A stretch of DNA of 63,489 nucleotides, counting the filler, from Reclinomonas americana ATCC 50394 (Eukaryota), in NCBI GenBank assembly GCA_048213135.1. It is 28 parts of 28 records of this genome, joined end to end, with 100 filler letters (N's around TTAATTAATTAA, not from the genome) between each part and the next. Parts side by side here need not be neighbours in the genome. Positions count along the whole stretch, not along the records: positions 1 to 1,558 come from AFZH01024672.1; positions 1,659 to 4,984 come from AFZH01024673.1; positions 5,085 to 8,391 come from AFZH01024674.1; positions 8,492 to 10,965 come from AFZH01024676.1; positions 11,066 to 12,291 come from AFZH01024677.1; 23 more parts are not named here. One strand, written 5' to 3'. The notes beneath the pieces were generated by a model. That model was given only the letters and a program-made list of their open reading frames with translations, was not told the origin of the DNA and ran no database searches. Position 1 is the stretch's first letter; each line of letters begins with the position of its first letter. Positions 1-11,406 of this stretch are shown here, piece after piece. Position numbers and translations under genes: made by a program.

Positions 1-1558
1 AGCCCCGACAGTCACGCCATCAACACAGACGCCTCGAGCAAACAAGTCCACAAGATCGCTCGTTACGCGGCGCTCCAGCACGGCAACATGTTCGTTCCGG
101 TGATTGCTCTGCTTCAAGTCGCGACGCTCCTCACTGTGTACACCGCCGACACCCTTGTTATTATGCGCACCGCAACAGCACAGCATCCAATGAGCCTCCA
201 TGCACAACTGGTGTAGCTTCTCGCCAACTGCCTCGGACACGTAGCAGCACATGCCAGCCTGCTTCTCCTGCTGGAGAGAGTGCGTCAGTGCGTGGGTCTT
301 GTAGGATTCGACGGATACACCATCGCCACACGCTCTGCGCATACGTGTTCGTGCCGTGAGTGAGGAGCGTGATCACAATTGCGCGGCATTCGACGACACA
401 CTCACCCAATGACGGCTCGCAGATACCAAATGGTTCGCGCGTACGCTGCATCGTCACTGCTATCCCGATGAGTGGCCATCGTGTGCGAATAGTAGTCCGC
501 TAGCGCCGGAAAGAGCAGCAAAGCTGGCTCATCCTCCATCAACGTGAACAGCTCGGCCTCCGAATACGACGGACAGTACTTGACGAGCACCGCTGCGTGA
601 AGCGAGAATTCTCAGTATGAGTGCTCACGGTCGACTCCGAATGTGTGTGAGCCTTGCCGGCTGCAAACAGCCTCACCTCGTAGCGCAAACATGATGACAT
701 GAGTAACGGCGATCCAGTCCCGTCCAAGAAAGGAACCATTGTTGTTGGCGAATGAGTAAATGACGCGAGCCAGTGTCGGATCGTCGCAGACATGGCACTT
801 ATGAAATCGGCCAGGTCCGACATCATCTGGCCGACGATGCTCTTCTCGTCGACGAGACGCAGAAAGCAGGTCTCGAATGTGACGCGGAAACGGACAGCAA
901 TGCCCTCAGCAACTATGTGAAGATCGATGGGCAGCAAGATGTCTCGATGAACCTGCATGCGGGGGGGTGGCGGTTGTGAGTTTTTGATGGCGAGGGAAGA
1001 TCTCAAACACATACACAGGCACGCACGTTAAGTTCGGCAAGTCGGTGACGAGTGCTGATGCAGGGTTCCTGTCACCTGCCACACCCAGTATAACCGACAC
1101 CTTCCTCTTCGCAACCATTTCACGTGTGTGGTCTAGATTGCGCCAAACCACCTTTGGTCGCACACCGAAACAAATTGGTCGAGGACAACGACAGGGTGCG
1201 GCAGTCTGTGGGCAGTGGATAACATTCGATCCAGTCCTGTAGCTAGCATGCACCATTGTGCAAGTGAGGATTACGCAACACAATGGGAGTGCTCCAAATA
1301 CACACACTCACCATGGCACCACCAGCAGCGTAGCTGGCGAATGACCGCAGCAGCCTCCTGCGCCTCAGGGCCGTTGGCTGAGTGAAACAGCAGGTCGGCG
1401 ACCACCCACAACTTCCGGCCATTGATCTCCGCCACAAAGCCATTTCGAAGCCGGTTCATAGAAATGGTGAGCTGTTTGTATGCTGACATGTTGCTCGTCT
1501 CTGCGAGACCATTCTCGAGCGTAAGCACCTCGAGCGTAAACACGGCGCATCACTACCC
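1..1558 (-). mobile_element. Eukaryotic CMC/Plavaka/Mirage-like DDE transposase fragment, spliced and degenerate
   Basis: Ordered motifs on the minus strand: LLFHSANGPE..CWWC, PIDLHIVAEGI, KLHQL...SNH. These resemble the AD.PE..CxxC, D.LH....G(I/V) and KLH...SN motifs of this superfamily. GTGAGT donor at about 1311. Confidence 0.45.
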
Positions 1559-1658
1559 NNNNNNNNNNNNNNNNNNNNNNNNNNNNNNNNNNNNNNNNNN
1601 NNTTAATTAATTAANNNNNNNNNNNNNNNNNNNNNNNNNNNNNNNNNNNNNNNNNNNN
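1559..1658. other. Artificial contig linker, first of 27 (others start at 4985, 8392, 10966, 12292, 15686, 19074, 22452, 25103, 27039, 30374, 31500, 32947, 35051, 36371, 38618, 39775, 42272, 45562, 47136, 50409, 52846, 53975, 56188, 59416, 60925, 62105)
   Basis: Identical N44-TTAATTAATTAA-N44 blocks. Composition and gene content switch abruptly across them. Confidence 0.98.
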
Positions 1659-1692
<34 letters not shown>

Positions 1693-1774
1693 CACACACA
1701 CACACACACACACAGAATGGTCAAGTGAGCAGTGGACTCTTTGCAAATGCACTCCAAAAAAATGCATTCCGCAC

Positions 1775-1853
1775 CATGCTTCTTGATCTTCTCATTGATG
1801 TTGTTGATGTAGAGGGTCTGGTTGGGCGGAATGTCCTCAAACTGGAACGACAT
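1775..1853 (-). CDS. U1A/U2B'' (SNF-like) spliceosomal RRM protein, first coding exon; rest off contig
   Basis: MSFQFEDIPPNQTLYINNINEKIKKH matches the U1A/U2B'' N-terminus and is followed by a GTGCGG donor. Confidence 0.85.
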
Positions 1854-2088
1854 TCTGTGCACACAACACAGAGAGAGAGTGTCAACATGCGATGTCGCGC
1901 AAGACAACACACGCACACACACACACACACAAAGGAATGCACTCTATCTATGCGCTCTCTCTCTCATGCACACATAGGGAGACACAGTGTGAGTGCAACA
2001 CGCACGCACGCGCGCGCACGAACCTCCTTTGTGTGTGCGTGTGTGTCCTGTGTGCGTCCTCTCTGTCTCACAAGTCACCGACGCGCCA

Positions 2089-4728
2089 ATGAGCCGCGTG
2101 CCCTTTGACCCGCGACGGGTGCGTCTCTCCTCTGCTCTCCTTACACACACTCCGAGACACACACACACGCACAAGCGCGCACATGTGTCACTGGGGGCGA
2201 GTCATGTTCACTTTCTCACACACACACTCTCTCACTCTCTCTCTCTCAGCGGCGGGTTTGGCACATTGAAGGGGTACTATGTCGCAACTTGGTGCCACGT
2301 CATGTGCACCTGGCGTTGCGCTCGCCGGGAATGTACACTGCGCGGTAAGTCAATCAAACGCATTCATTCCCTCTCTCTCACTCTCACTCTTGCTCACACT
2401 CTGTCTCTCTCTTCTTACAGTGACCGCAAGTTTGTGTTGTCTGCTGGTCGGCGGTCTCTGATTTCGCGGCAGAAGACGGCATTGCATCCGCGGCCAGGCG
2501 TTCTCCTCAGCTCATACTTTTTCGTCTTGTTTGCAGGTGTGTGTCTGTGAGAGAGTGTGTGTGTACTTCCTGTGTGTCTCATGGTTTGTGGGTGTGTGTG
2601 TGTGGTGCAGATGCGGATCTGGAGCGGGAGTTGTATTGCAGCGCGTTGTCGCCTCCGAGTCAGGTGTGTGTGAGTCTCTCTTCTGTGTTGTGTGTGTGTG
2701 AGAGAGAGTGTGTGTGCTGAGTCGTCTCCGTGCAGAACCCGACGTGGGATGTGCCGCTCAACCATTTATCCGAGCTCAGAGAGGATGAAGGTGAAGAGCT
2801 CTTCGTGCTTCACTCTTCCACCCTTCTTCCTCTGTCTTGCTTTCTCACACGTTCACGCTCTCCCTCTGCCTCCATTCTTCGCTCGCTCCCTTGCTCTCTC
2901 TCTCTCCCTCTCTCTGCCCCACTCTCTCCCTCTGTCCTCCCTTCATCCGCCATGCTCACATCTTCTTTCTGTGCCTGCTTCTCTCTCCGCTTTTCTTCCC
3001 TTCTTCTCTCTCTTCCTCTCCCTTCTCCCGCCTCCCTCTCCCTTTCCCTCTCCCCCCCTCTCCCTTCCCCTCACTCCCACCTCTCTTTTCCTCTCTGTGC
3101 AGCCTACCAACAACAAGAATTCGAGTTCTGCTTGTATGGAGTGCGGCATCCGAGCGTGGTGGCACAGCAGGCACAGCCGGCCACCGCGCCGTCCTCGTTA
3201 CCGGCGTCCTCGACCAGACCGAGCATCCCGGCCTCGGCCTCCTCCGTATCGGTGGCCTCGGCCGCCATGGCACTGCGTCGGGGGCGTCAGCTGCCGATCC
3301 CCAGTGAGCGGGAGCCGGCACCGCAAAGTGCACCCGCGGAAGCCGATCCACTGACGCAGGCGTCGCCGCTGCCGTCACCGTCGTTTTGTGTGAAGCGTGA
3401 TGATGCGCCGTTCCTGGCGGCGGCACAGGTGTGCTCCGAGAGTCACGATCAGTCGGAGGCGCACTCGCCGCACGTCAAGATCGATCCGCAAGAGGTGTTT
3501 TGTGCCATGCGATTCCGTCTGAGTTTGCGACAGCTGGTCAAGTGCCAGTGCGATGTTGCGTGCATGCATATTTCCCCTCCCACTCGGCCACGATTATCGT
3601 GTTGACTTGCATTCTGTGTGTGCAGCCGTCGGAAATTCCACTCCCGACCAACACCATTCTCTTTCAGTTCCAGGACGGGTTGTACTTTGTGCCGTCGTTG
3701 GTGCTGCAGCTGGAGGATGTGTCGTGGACGGTGGGTTGTACGAGAAAAAAAAAAGAGACAGCGCTCAACAATGTCTGACTGCGTATCTGCAGGGCTTCTC
3801 GTCGCAAGCTGACATTGCGCGCTCTGTGGACCTGTCACCGCCGTTCCGGCAGAGTCTCTATGCCAACTACGGCGGCACGTGGCGCGACTGGCCATCAGGG
3901 GAGCCGGCGCCGAGTGACTTGGCGGTGGTACTCAGCCACCCGGATTCATCGGTGCGGCGTGTTGTTGCTGTCAGCGACTCATGGTGTACTGGCGCGCGAC
4001 TCACACCAAACACTGCCCCTTCCCCAGATTACGCTGCGCGACATTCAAATGGGACTCGGCAAGATAATACACTACCGTGCCATCTCCAAAGAGGTGGCTG
4101 CAGACGTGGCGGTGCACAAGCAGCGTGTGGAGCGGGAAATTCTCGCCCCGCATGCCGACGACAGGGAGAGAGTTGCGCGCGAGTACGAAGAGTCTGCATC
4201 GCGTCAATGTCTGTGTTTATTTACCTTCGCCGACAGATACGTGAACTGGAGGAGAGAGCGAGGGAGGTGTTGCCACTGCGCGCGCAGGTGGCCTCGTGGC
4301 GTGCAACAGTGGCCAAGAGTTGCGTTGGGTGGCGTGTGCTGCAAGACCGCTTCCATCGCGCTGACACGGTGGCGCGTGTGCAGGGAAAGATGCTCTGCGC
4401 AACTTGTCAATATCGGTACAAGAGAACCGAGATCGTCTGCAGGAGTCATTCGCGGTATTGGAGGCGAAAAAGGCGGCGCTGGCGCAGCGGGATGCCGAGT
4501 TGCAGTCACACAGGTGCCGTCATCTCCTCCTCCTCATCATTACTGGAGTTTCCCTGCGTCCACTCATCCAAGCATCCTCGTTGTTTATTTGTGCAGAGCG
4601 GCCTTGTCGCAGTGCGAGCAGGAGCTGCTGTTGCGGCAGAGCATCATGGTGGAGGAGCTGTCGTCGATATTCCGCGTCAACCGGGAGTCGCTGGCCGGCA
4701 TTCCCTTGGCCAACAAGGATCTGTCAGG
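2089..4728 (+). CDS. UVRAG: UVRAG/Vps38-like autophagy PI3K subunit, multi-exon, 3' partial
   Basis: Exons read MSRVPFDPRR|RRVWHIEG, LLSSYFFVLF, ELYCS..|NPTW (C2-like), NTILFQFQDGLYF, a coiled coil, then RQSIMVEELSSIF..LAGIPL, in UVRAG order. Confidence 0.7.
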
Positions 4729-4731
4729 TAC

Positions 4732-4984
<253 letters not shown>

Positions 4985-5218
4985 NNNNNNNNNNNNNNNN
5001 NNNNNNNNNNNNNNNNNNNNNNNNNNNNTTAATTAATTAANNNNNNNNNNNNNNNNNNNNNNNNNNNNNNNNNNNNNNNNNNNNGGGCCCGAACGTGAGC
5101 GGGCGACGCGTCCGACACATCTCTCTCTCCACGCGTGCGTGACACACACTACACACACACACACACACACACACTCTCTCTCACACACACGCGCGCGTTC
5201 TCTCTCACTGCGCAGCCC

Positions 5219-6666
5219 ATGAGTCGCCCGCGCTCATTCTCTCTGCCCTTTGGCAACCCTCTGTCGCCCTCACGGCCTCCACCTTCGCCCTCGGCTGCTG
5301 GTCTTGCTGCGCTCAGTGGCACCACCACCACCACCACTGCTCTCAGTGGAAATGCATCGTGTCGCGCACGAGTGAGTGTGTCTCCAGCGATTGCCACCAC
5401 AGTCACCACCACAACAACGACAACAACAACAACGTTGCTTGCTGTGCCGCCTTCTTCTCCTCCTCCTCCGCCTCCACTGGTGGCCTCGGCATCGTTGCGT
5501 ATATTCCTCCTGACATGCATTGACTCAGCAGCACACAACTTCTTACTCTCCCTCCCACTCTCCGCCTCTCCCTGTCTCTCCCTCTCTCCACCCCCGCTCT
5601 TTCTCTCTTGTCATGCTCACGGTCATTGTTTGTGTGTGTGTTTTGCATGAATTTCTCCGAGCAGCAGTCAATCGTCGCCTTCGGAGGCGGACGTGCGGCG
5701 CAGTGTGAACACTATTGAGTCGTTCTTGCTGCATCAGGGGCATGTGCCGTCATGTTGCGCGCGCGCGTGCTTGTTTGGTTGGTTTACCGGTTGTTCACTC
5801 TTCTGTGCGTTGTTTCAGATGCCGTTCCGCTGGTGCACCAGGGATCGGTGATGGAGAGCATTCCGTTGCATGAGATTTTGTCGCCGCAAACGCGCGGGGT
5901 GAGTGGAGGTGCGGCGGCGCTGGCCAAGAGGCGTGGCAAGTCGGCTGCGCATCACGCGCAGCATCATCATCATCCGCGTTCTCCGTCGTTGTCGTCGGCG
6001 GCCGAGTTGCAGTCGTCGAGTCGCGTGCACCATCATCACCATCATCACCACCAGCAACACCACTCGCATCTGCATCATCCGCATCAGCGGCGGAGAGCCT
6101 CGATTGCGATTTCGTCGCACGAGTCGCTGGAGTCTGTGCTTGCGTCGCAGTCACCGCTGCCGCCGGCGCCGCTGCCACCGCCATCTCCTCTTTCGCCACC
6201 ACCGGCGTCTGCCTCGCGGCCGTCGTCGTCATCGTCGCAGCCGGGGGCGGCGAGCACAGAAGCAGCGCAGCGGAGCTTCCGCGACATGGACCGCGCGCTG
6301 GAGCAACTGCAGCGCAGCGTGGCCGACCTCAAGCGACGGCTGCCGAGCCAGCTGGACGACTCTTCACGACCGCCACCGCCACCACCACGGCCACACAGCT
6401 CGTTCGATCTGCTGCAGTCGCCTCTGTCACCACTATCGTCGCCGCCTGCGTCGCCGCTCTCATCTTCCTCCTCGTCGCGGTCACGCCCACCATCGCAGCC
6501 GCCACCACCACCCCCGCCACCTCTTGTCACGTCGCGGTACAGCATGGGCGAATACCGCAGCTCGGCAGCGGCCATGGCCAGCGAGGAGGGCAGCGATTTC
6601 ACCGTCGAGGATGACGACTCGGGCACGCGCTCCTCCAGTCCCGGCTCCATGCTGAGCGGCGTGTAA
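5219..6666 (+). CDS. Hypothetical low-complexity Pro/Ser/His-rich eukaryotic protein with short coiled coil, spliced
   Basis: Long ORF 5752-6666 with poly-His, poly-Pro and MDRALEQLQRSVADLKRRL. Upstream exons uncertain. Confidence 0.45.
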
Positions 6667-6843
6667 CGAGATTTACTACTACAACCTAACGAATTATGCG
6701 TGCGGAGCTCACCGCACCGCGCATGCCAATAACGATCATCAACAATCACAATGTACCACCAGCTTTTAGATAACCCAAAGCTTGCAACGAAGGGAAGAAG
6801 TTGTGTAAGGTTGTATGTGCTCGCGCAATCAAATATCCGTGCA

Positions 6844-8071
6844 ATGAGAAGACCAGCTCTCCTGCTCATCACTGTGCTCATTGCTCTGTTGCTTGCTGCG
6901 TGTGTTGTGTCTGCGCGGAGACAACGGAGGAGAAGTACGCAACAGCAGCAGATTGAGGAGCTGATTGACGATGGTTTGGCGCTCTCTTTCTCTCTCAGTG
7001 TGTAAGAGTCTCGCGCGCTCACTCTCACTCGCGCACAGTGCTGGTCGAGGCCGAGAGCACTGCTGTGCCAGAGAAGGAAGTGGCAGTGCACTTGCACAAG
7101 CCGCCAACGCCATCGCCTGATCTCGGCCTCTCACCCACATGTGTGTTGTCTGTCACTCATTGTCTCACTCTGCCTCTCGCTGACTTGCTGGGCGTCACAC
7201 AGGCGACCAGATCGAGTGGAGTGGCCCTGAACGCATCTATGTGATTCGACACGGCGAGAAGGACATTGATGTTGCGGTCGTCAGTCTCTCTCACTCTCCC
7301 ACACTCACTCACACACACAGTCGCCACATAGCACAAGGACCCGTTCCTCAACCGTCGTGGCCTCAACCGAGCAGAGCGTGTGCGCGAGATCTTTGCAGAG
7401 GAGCCCGTCGGACCAGTGTCGGCCATCTATGCCACCAAGCCCGTGTCCAAGCTGCAGAACTTGAGGTCAGCAGCCCCTTTGCGCTCGTATGCAAGCCCTA
7501 CAGGTGCATCACCACTGTATGTGCTGCTCCTAGAGAGGTGCAAACGGTGACACCACTGGCCTCGATCCTCGGCGTTCCGATCCAGACACCGACCTATCGC
7601 ACGCAAGGCCGAAAGCTGCGCGAGGCCATCTTCTCCGACACTGCAGCGCGCGGTGGTCGTGTGCTGGTCGTATGGGAGCATCACTGCATGCAGGATCTGA
7701 CACGGGAGCTCATGGGAAGCGACTTTGACGCCACACGGCACCTCATTCCGTGCCACCCGGCGTGGGAGTTCAACTTTTTGTACACGCTCAAGTTTGATCG
7801 GTGCGGCCGGCTGCACTCGTTTGGCGTCTCCTGCCAGGATATGTGCCCGGAGTCGGGCTTGCTGGAGTGCGATGCCACCAATCCGCACGGAACCGCCGTC
7901 TCCCCGCGCATGATCTCCTACACGAAGCAGCGATGTGGCAAGCTGAAGGGCAAGAGCGTCCGCGATGATAGCTGCCCGACAGAGGAATTCATGCCGTTCG
8001 ACGCCACCATGTACGACGAGCTGATCGACGCCGACTCACCGCTCGAAGTTCACGAAGACGAGGAAGAATGA
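6844..8071 (+). CDS. Secreted histidine-phosphatase (phosphoglycerate mutase-like) protein, spliced
   Basis: Signal peptide MRRPALLLITVLIALLLAAC. Catalytic IYVIRHGEK, then R..QTVTPLA and LVVWEH motifs. Confidence 0.75.
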
Positions 8072-8128
8072 AACAGCATGTCCTCGTCCTCTCTTGTCTA
8101 GTCATCAGCTAGCGTGGAGCGCGATACA

Positions 8129-8391
8129 ATGGGCAACTGCTGTGCCTGTTGCTGCTCCAGCAACCGCGACCAGCACGCCGACGATGAGCAGGACGGAGGC
8201 TCCTCTGCTTACTCGGGGTTTGCCACACAGGTGTCTTTGCTTTTGTGCGCACGCGTGTGTGTGTGTGTTTCGCGCTCTCGGACATGCTCACGCGCCTCCA
8301 CAGCAGTCGGCCAAGAAGCGGCAAGGCGCCAAGCACAAGAGTCGATGTTGCGTGTGTGTCTCTCTGTGTGTGTTAGTCAGTCAATGGCGAG
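8129..8391 (+). CDS. N-terminus of putatively myristoylated/palmitoylated protein, partial
   Basis: MGNCCACCCSS followed by a GTGTCT donor. Confidence 0.5.
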
Positions 8392-8622
8392 NNNNNNNNN
8401 NNNNNNNNNNNNNNNNNNNNNNNNNNNNNNNNNNNTTAATTAATTAANNNNNNNNNNNNNNNNNNNNNNNNNNNNNNNNNNNNNNNNNNNNGCCTGCAGG
8501 GCATCGAAGAGTTCGACTGAGTCGCATCCGCTCACGCTGTGACGTCGTGTGACGGTCGATTCCGCGTGCGCCCGCGACCCTGCATAACGTATTCGAGTCC
8601 CCCAAGAGAGGAACTCCTTCCC

Positions 8623-9534
8623 ATGTCACGTCGCACCACGTCCGTCATCGCCGCGCTCGCCGCGGTCCCGCTCTTCGTCGCACTCGCCGGCTGCGCCACC
8701 GCGTCGTCCGACGCCGGCTCCGACGACGGTGGATCCACCGAGAACGAGGTGGTCAAGGTCGGCATCGTCGGCAAGGGCGACGCGCAGTGGGAACCCTTCG
8801 TCGAGGCTGCCGCTGAAGAGGGCATCACCGTCGAGCTCGTCGACTTCGGCAGCTACGAGCAGCCGAATCCCGCACTCACCGAGGGCGAGGTCGACCTCAA
8901 CCAGTTCCAGCACATCGTGTACCTCGCGGAGTACAACGAGGCATCGGGCTCAGATCTCACCCCGATCGGCTCGACCGCGATATACCCGCTGGGCCTCTAC
9001 TCCACGAAGTACGACGACGTGAAGGACATCCAGAAGGGCGAGACCGTCGCCGTTCCGGATGACGCCTCCAACCAGGCCCGCTCGCTCAACGTGCTGCAGC
9101 AGGCCGGTCTCGTCGAGCTGAAGAGCGGCGGCACGCCTTACTCCGACCTCGCCGACGTCGACACCGAGAAGTCCAAGGTGCAGGTCAAGGCCCTCGAAGC
9201 CGCACTCACCCCGACCTCGCTCCCGGACGTCGCCGCGGCGATCATCAACAACGACTTCGTGAAGGATGCCGGTCTGACGTTCGAGGACGCGCTGGCCACC
9301 GACGACATCGAGGACCCGAACGCGCTGCCGTACGTGAACGTCTTCGCCGCGCGCGCAGAGGACGCCGACAACGAGACGTACCTCAAGCTCGTCGAGATCT
9401 TCCAGACCGACGAGGCTGTGCAGAAGGGCCTCGCGGAGTCGTCGGGCGGTACGGCGCTGTCGCTGCAGACGCCGGTCAAGGACCTCGTGGACTCGCTGAA
9501 GAAGGTCCAGAAGGAAGCTGCGGAGAACAAGTGA
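8623..9534 (+). CDS. metQ: MetQ/NlpA methionine ABC lipoprotein (actinobacterial)
   Basis: Lipobox LAGC, PNPAL..GEVDLNQFQH and YPLGLYS. RBS GAGGAA. Confidence 0.92.
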   Translation: MSRRTTSVIAALAAVPLFVALAGCATASSDAGSDDGGSTENEVVKVGIVGKGDAQWEPFVEAAAEEGITVELVDFGSYEQPNPALTEGEVDLNQFQHIVYLAEYNEASGSDLTPIGSTAIYPLGLYSTKYDDVKDIQKGETVAVPDDASNQARSLNVLQQAGLVELKSGGTPYSDLADVDTEKSKVQVKALEAALTPTSLPDVAAAIINNDFVKDAGLTFEDALATDDIEDPNALPYVNVFAARAEDADNETYLKLVEIFQTDEAVQKGLAESSGGTALSLQTPVKDLVDSLKKVQKEAAENK

Positions 9535-9563
9535 GCACGGGCGGGAGCGATCCCGCCTGATGC

Positions 9564-9600
9564 GAGAATCGGGTGACGCCGTGTGCGTCGCCCGATTCTC
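9564..9600 (+). terminator. Strong intergenic hairpin between metQ and metN
   Basis: gagaatcgggtgacgc-cgtgt-gcgtcgcccgattctc, a 16-bp stem. Confidence 0.55.
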
Positions 9601-9629
9601 ATTTCCCGAGAACCAGACCGGAGAAGCAC

Positions 9630-10673
9630 ATGCCGATCGTGAGCCTGACGAACGTGTCGAAGGCCTACCCTTCGCGGAACCCCGGAGACGGCGAGATCGT
9701 CGCGGTCGATGACGTGACCCTCGAGATCGAGAAGGGCGACGTGTTCGGCATCATCGGATACTCCGGTGCCGGCAAGTCGACGCTCGTGCGCCTGATCAAT
9801 GCGCTGGAGCCGGCCACCGCCGGCAGCATCCTCGTCGACGGGGTCGACATCACCTCGCTCAAGGAGAGCGAGCTCCGGCGCATCCGCGGCGGCATCGGCA
9901 TGATCTTCCAGCAGTTCAACCTCTTCTCGTCGCGCAGCGTCAAGGCGAACATCGCCTACCCGCTCACGCTCGCCGGGTGGAAGAAGGCCGACATCGAGGC
10001 CCGGGTCACCGAGCTGCTGTCGTTCGTCGGGTTGTCCGACAAGGCGAAGGCCTACCCCGAGCAGCTCTCCGGCGGACAGAAGCAGCGCGTCGGCATCGCC
10101 CGCGCTCTCGCGACGGGTCCTGCGATCCTCCTCGCCGACGAGGCGACCAGCGCACTCGACCCGCAGACCACTCACGAGGTGCTCGACCTGCTCAAGCGCG
10201 TGAACAAGGAGCAGGGCGTGACGATCGTCGTCATCACCCACGAGATGGACGTCATCCAGACCATCGCCACGAAGGTCGCCGTGATGGAGCGCGGCCGGGT
10301 CATCGAGCAGGGCGACGTGTTCGACGTGTTCTCGGCCCCGCAGAACCCGGCATCGCAGCGCTTCGTCGGCACCGTCGTCAAGGGCATCCCGTCGCCCGCG
10401 GAGCTGGCCGTGCTGCGCGAGCGTCATCAGGGACGCATCGTCACCTTCTCGTTCCGCGACGGGGATTCGTCGCAGGCGCAGGTGTTCCTCGACCTCGCGA
10501 ACGCGGGCTTGGACTTCGAGCTCGTCTTCGGCGGCATCAACGACATCCGTGGGCGGGCCTTCGGGCATCTCACGCTCGCGATCCGGGGGGACGGCGCGGC
10601 GATCGACCGCGCGCTGGCCGGGATCGGCGAACGCGTCGAAGTCACCGAGATCGCCGGAGAGGAGGCACACTGA
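9630..10673 (+). CDS. metN: Methionine ABC transporter ATPase
   Basis: GYSGAGKS, LSGGQKQR, DEATSALDP and a C-terminal NIL-like domain. Confidence 0.93.
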   Translation: MPIVSLTNVSKAYPSRNPGDGEIVAVDDVTLEIEKGDVFGIIGYSGAGKSTLVRLINALEPATAGSILVDGVDITSLKESELRRIRGGIGMIFQQFNLFSSRSVKANIAYPLTLAGWKKADIEARVTELLSFVGLSDKAKAYPEQLSGGQKQRVGIARALATGPAILLADEATSALDPQTTHEVLDLLKRVNKEQGVTIVVITHEMDVIQTIATKVAVMERGRVIEQGDVFDVFSAPQNPASQRFVGTVVKGIPSPAELAVLRERHQGRIVTFSFRDGDSSQAQVFLDLANAGLDFELVFGGINDIRGRAFGHLTLAIRGDGAAIDRALAGIGERVEVTEIAGEEAH

Positions 10674-10965
10674 TGGATCGTCTGATCGAACTCGGGCCGG
10701 AGTTCTGGGCCGCGGCCCTCGAGACCCTCTACATGACCTCGTTCGCGCTCGTCCTCGGCGGTGTGCTGGGCCTCGTCATCGGCATCATCCTCTACGTGAC
10801 GCGACCGGGAGGGCTCGTGCAGAACGCGTTCGTCTCGACGATCGCGAACCTCGCCGTCAACTTCTTCCGTCCTATTCCGTTCGTGATCTTCATGGCCGTG
10901 GCGCAGCCGTTCGCCCGCGCGGTCGTCGGCGTCGGCATCGGCACCACGGCCGGCGCCTTCATCAT
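10673..10965 (+). CDS. metI: Methionine ABC permease, 3' partial
   Basis: ETLYM...NFFRPIPFVI. Start overlaps the metN stop (TGATG). Confidence 0.9.
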
Positions 10966-11065
10966 NNNNNNNNNNNNNNNNNNNNNNNNNNNNNNNNNNN
11001 NNNNNNNNNTTAATTAATTAANNNNNNNNNNNNNNNNNNNNNNNNNNNNNNNNNNNNNNNNNNNN

Positions 11066-11342
11066 CGCAATCAGTGCACACACACGCGCACACACATGCG
11101 TGCACAAGGTGACACGCAACAAGAGCCGTCACTGGACCGCCCAGTTGCGTGGCGGCAGTGATGGCGGAGAGCGAGGCCGCATTCAGCGCCTTCCCATTGT
11201 GCTCCACCAGCACCAGTGACTTGACAGGCGCCGCCGATGAGAAGCGTCGCGCAAACTGCACACGCGCGTGCATAAGAGACAGCGTGAGAGAGGGAGCAAC
11301 AAAGAGAGCGGAACACACCGCTGTCACCACTGCGCGCATCAT
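11066..11342 (-). CDS. ETFA: Electron transfer flavoprotein alpha, mitochondrial, 5' part
   Basis: Transit peptide RRFSS, then SLVLVEHNGKALNAASLSAITAATQLGGPVTALVA. 45-nt intron. Confidence 0.85.
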
Positions 11343-11406
11343 TGCAAACTCTGTTGATTGATTGAGTGAGTGGGAATCAAATCTTGTGTTGTGCGTGTGT
11401 GGGAGA

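Noticed and set aside
1603..1614. Regularly recurring TTAATTAATTAA palindrome as a biological repeat or CRISPR-like array
   Set aside because: It is always centred in N44 padding, so it is an artificial six-frame stop linker.
8492..8622. SAM riboswitch upstream of metQ
   Set aside because: No recognisable SAM-I or SAM-IV core. The region includes the end of an upstream gene (LQGIEEFD stop).
9138..10670. Long antisense or shadow ORFs over bacterial genes (also 33145-34020, 35463-36422, 40729-42207, 59597-60976)
   Set aside because: Expected by-products of high-GC codon usage opposite or overlapping well-supported genes.
8392..11065. Bacterial operons as horizontal transfers into the protist
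   Set aside because: They sit on separate contigs with RBSs, overlapping genes and no introns. There is no physical linkage to eukaryotic sequence.
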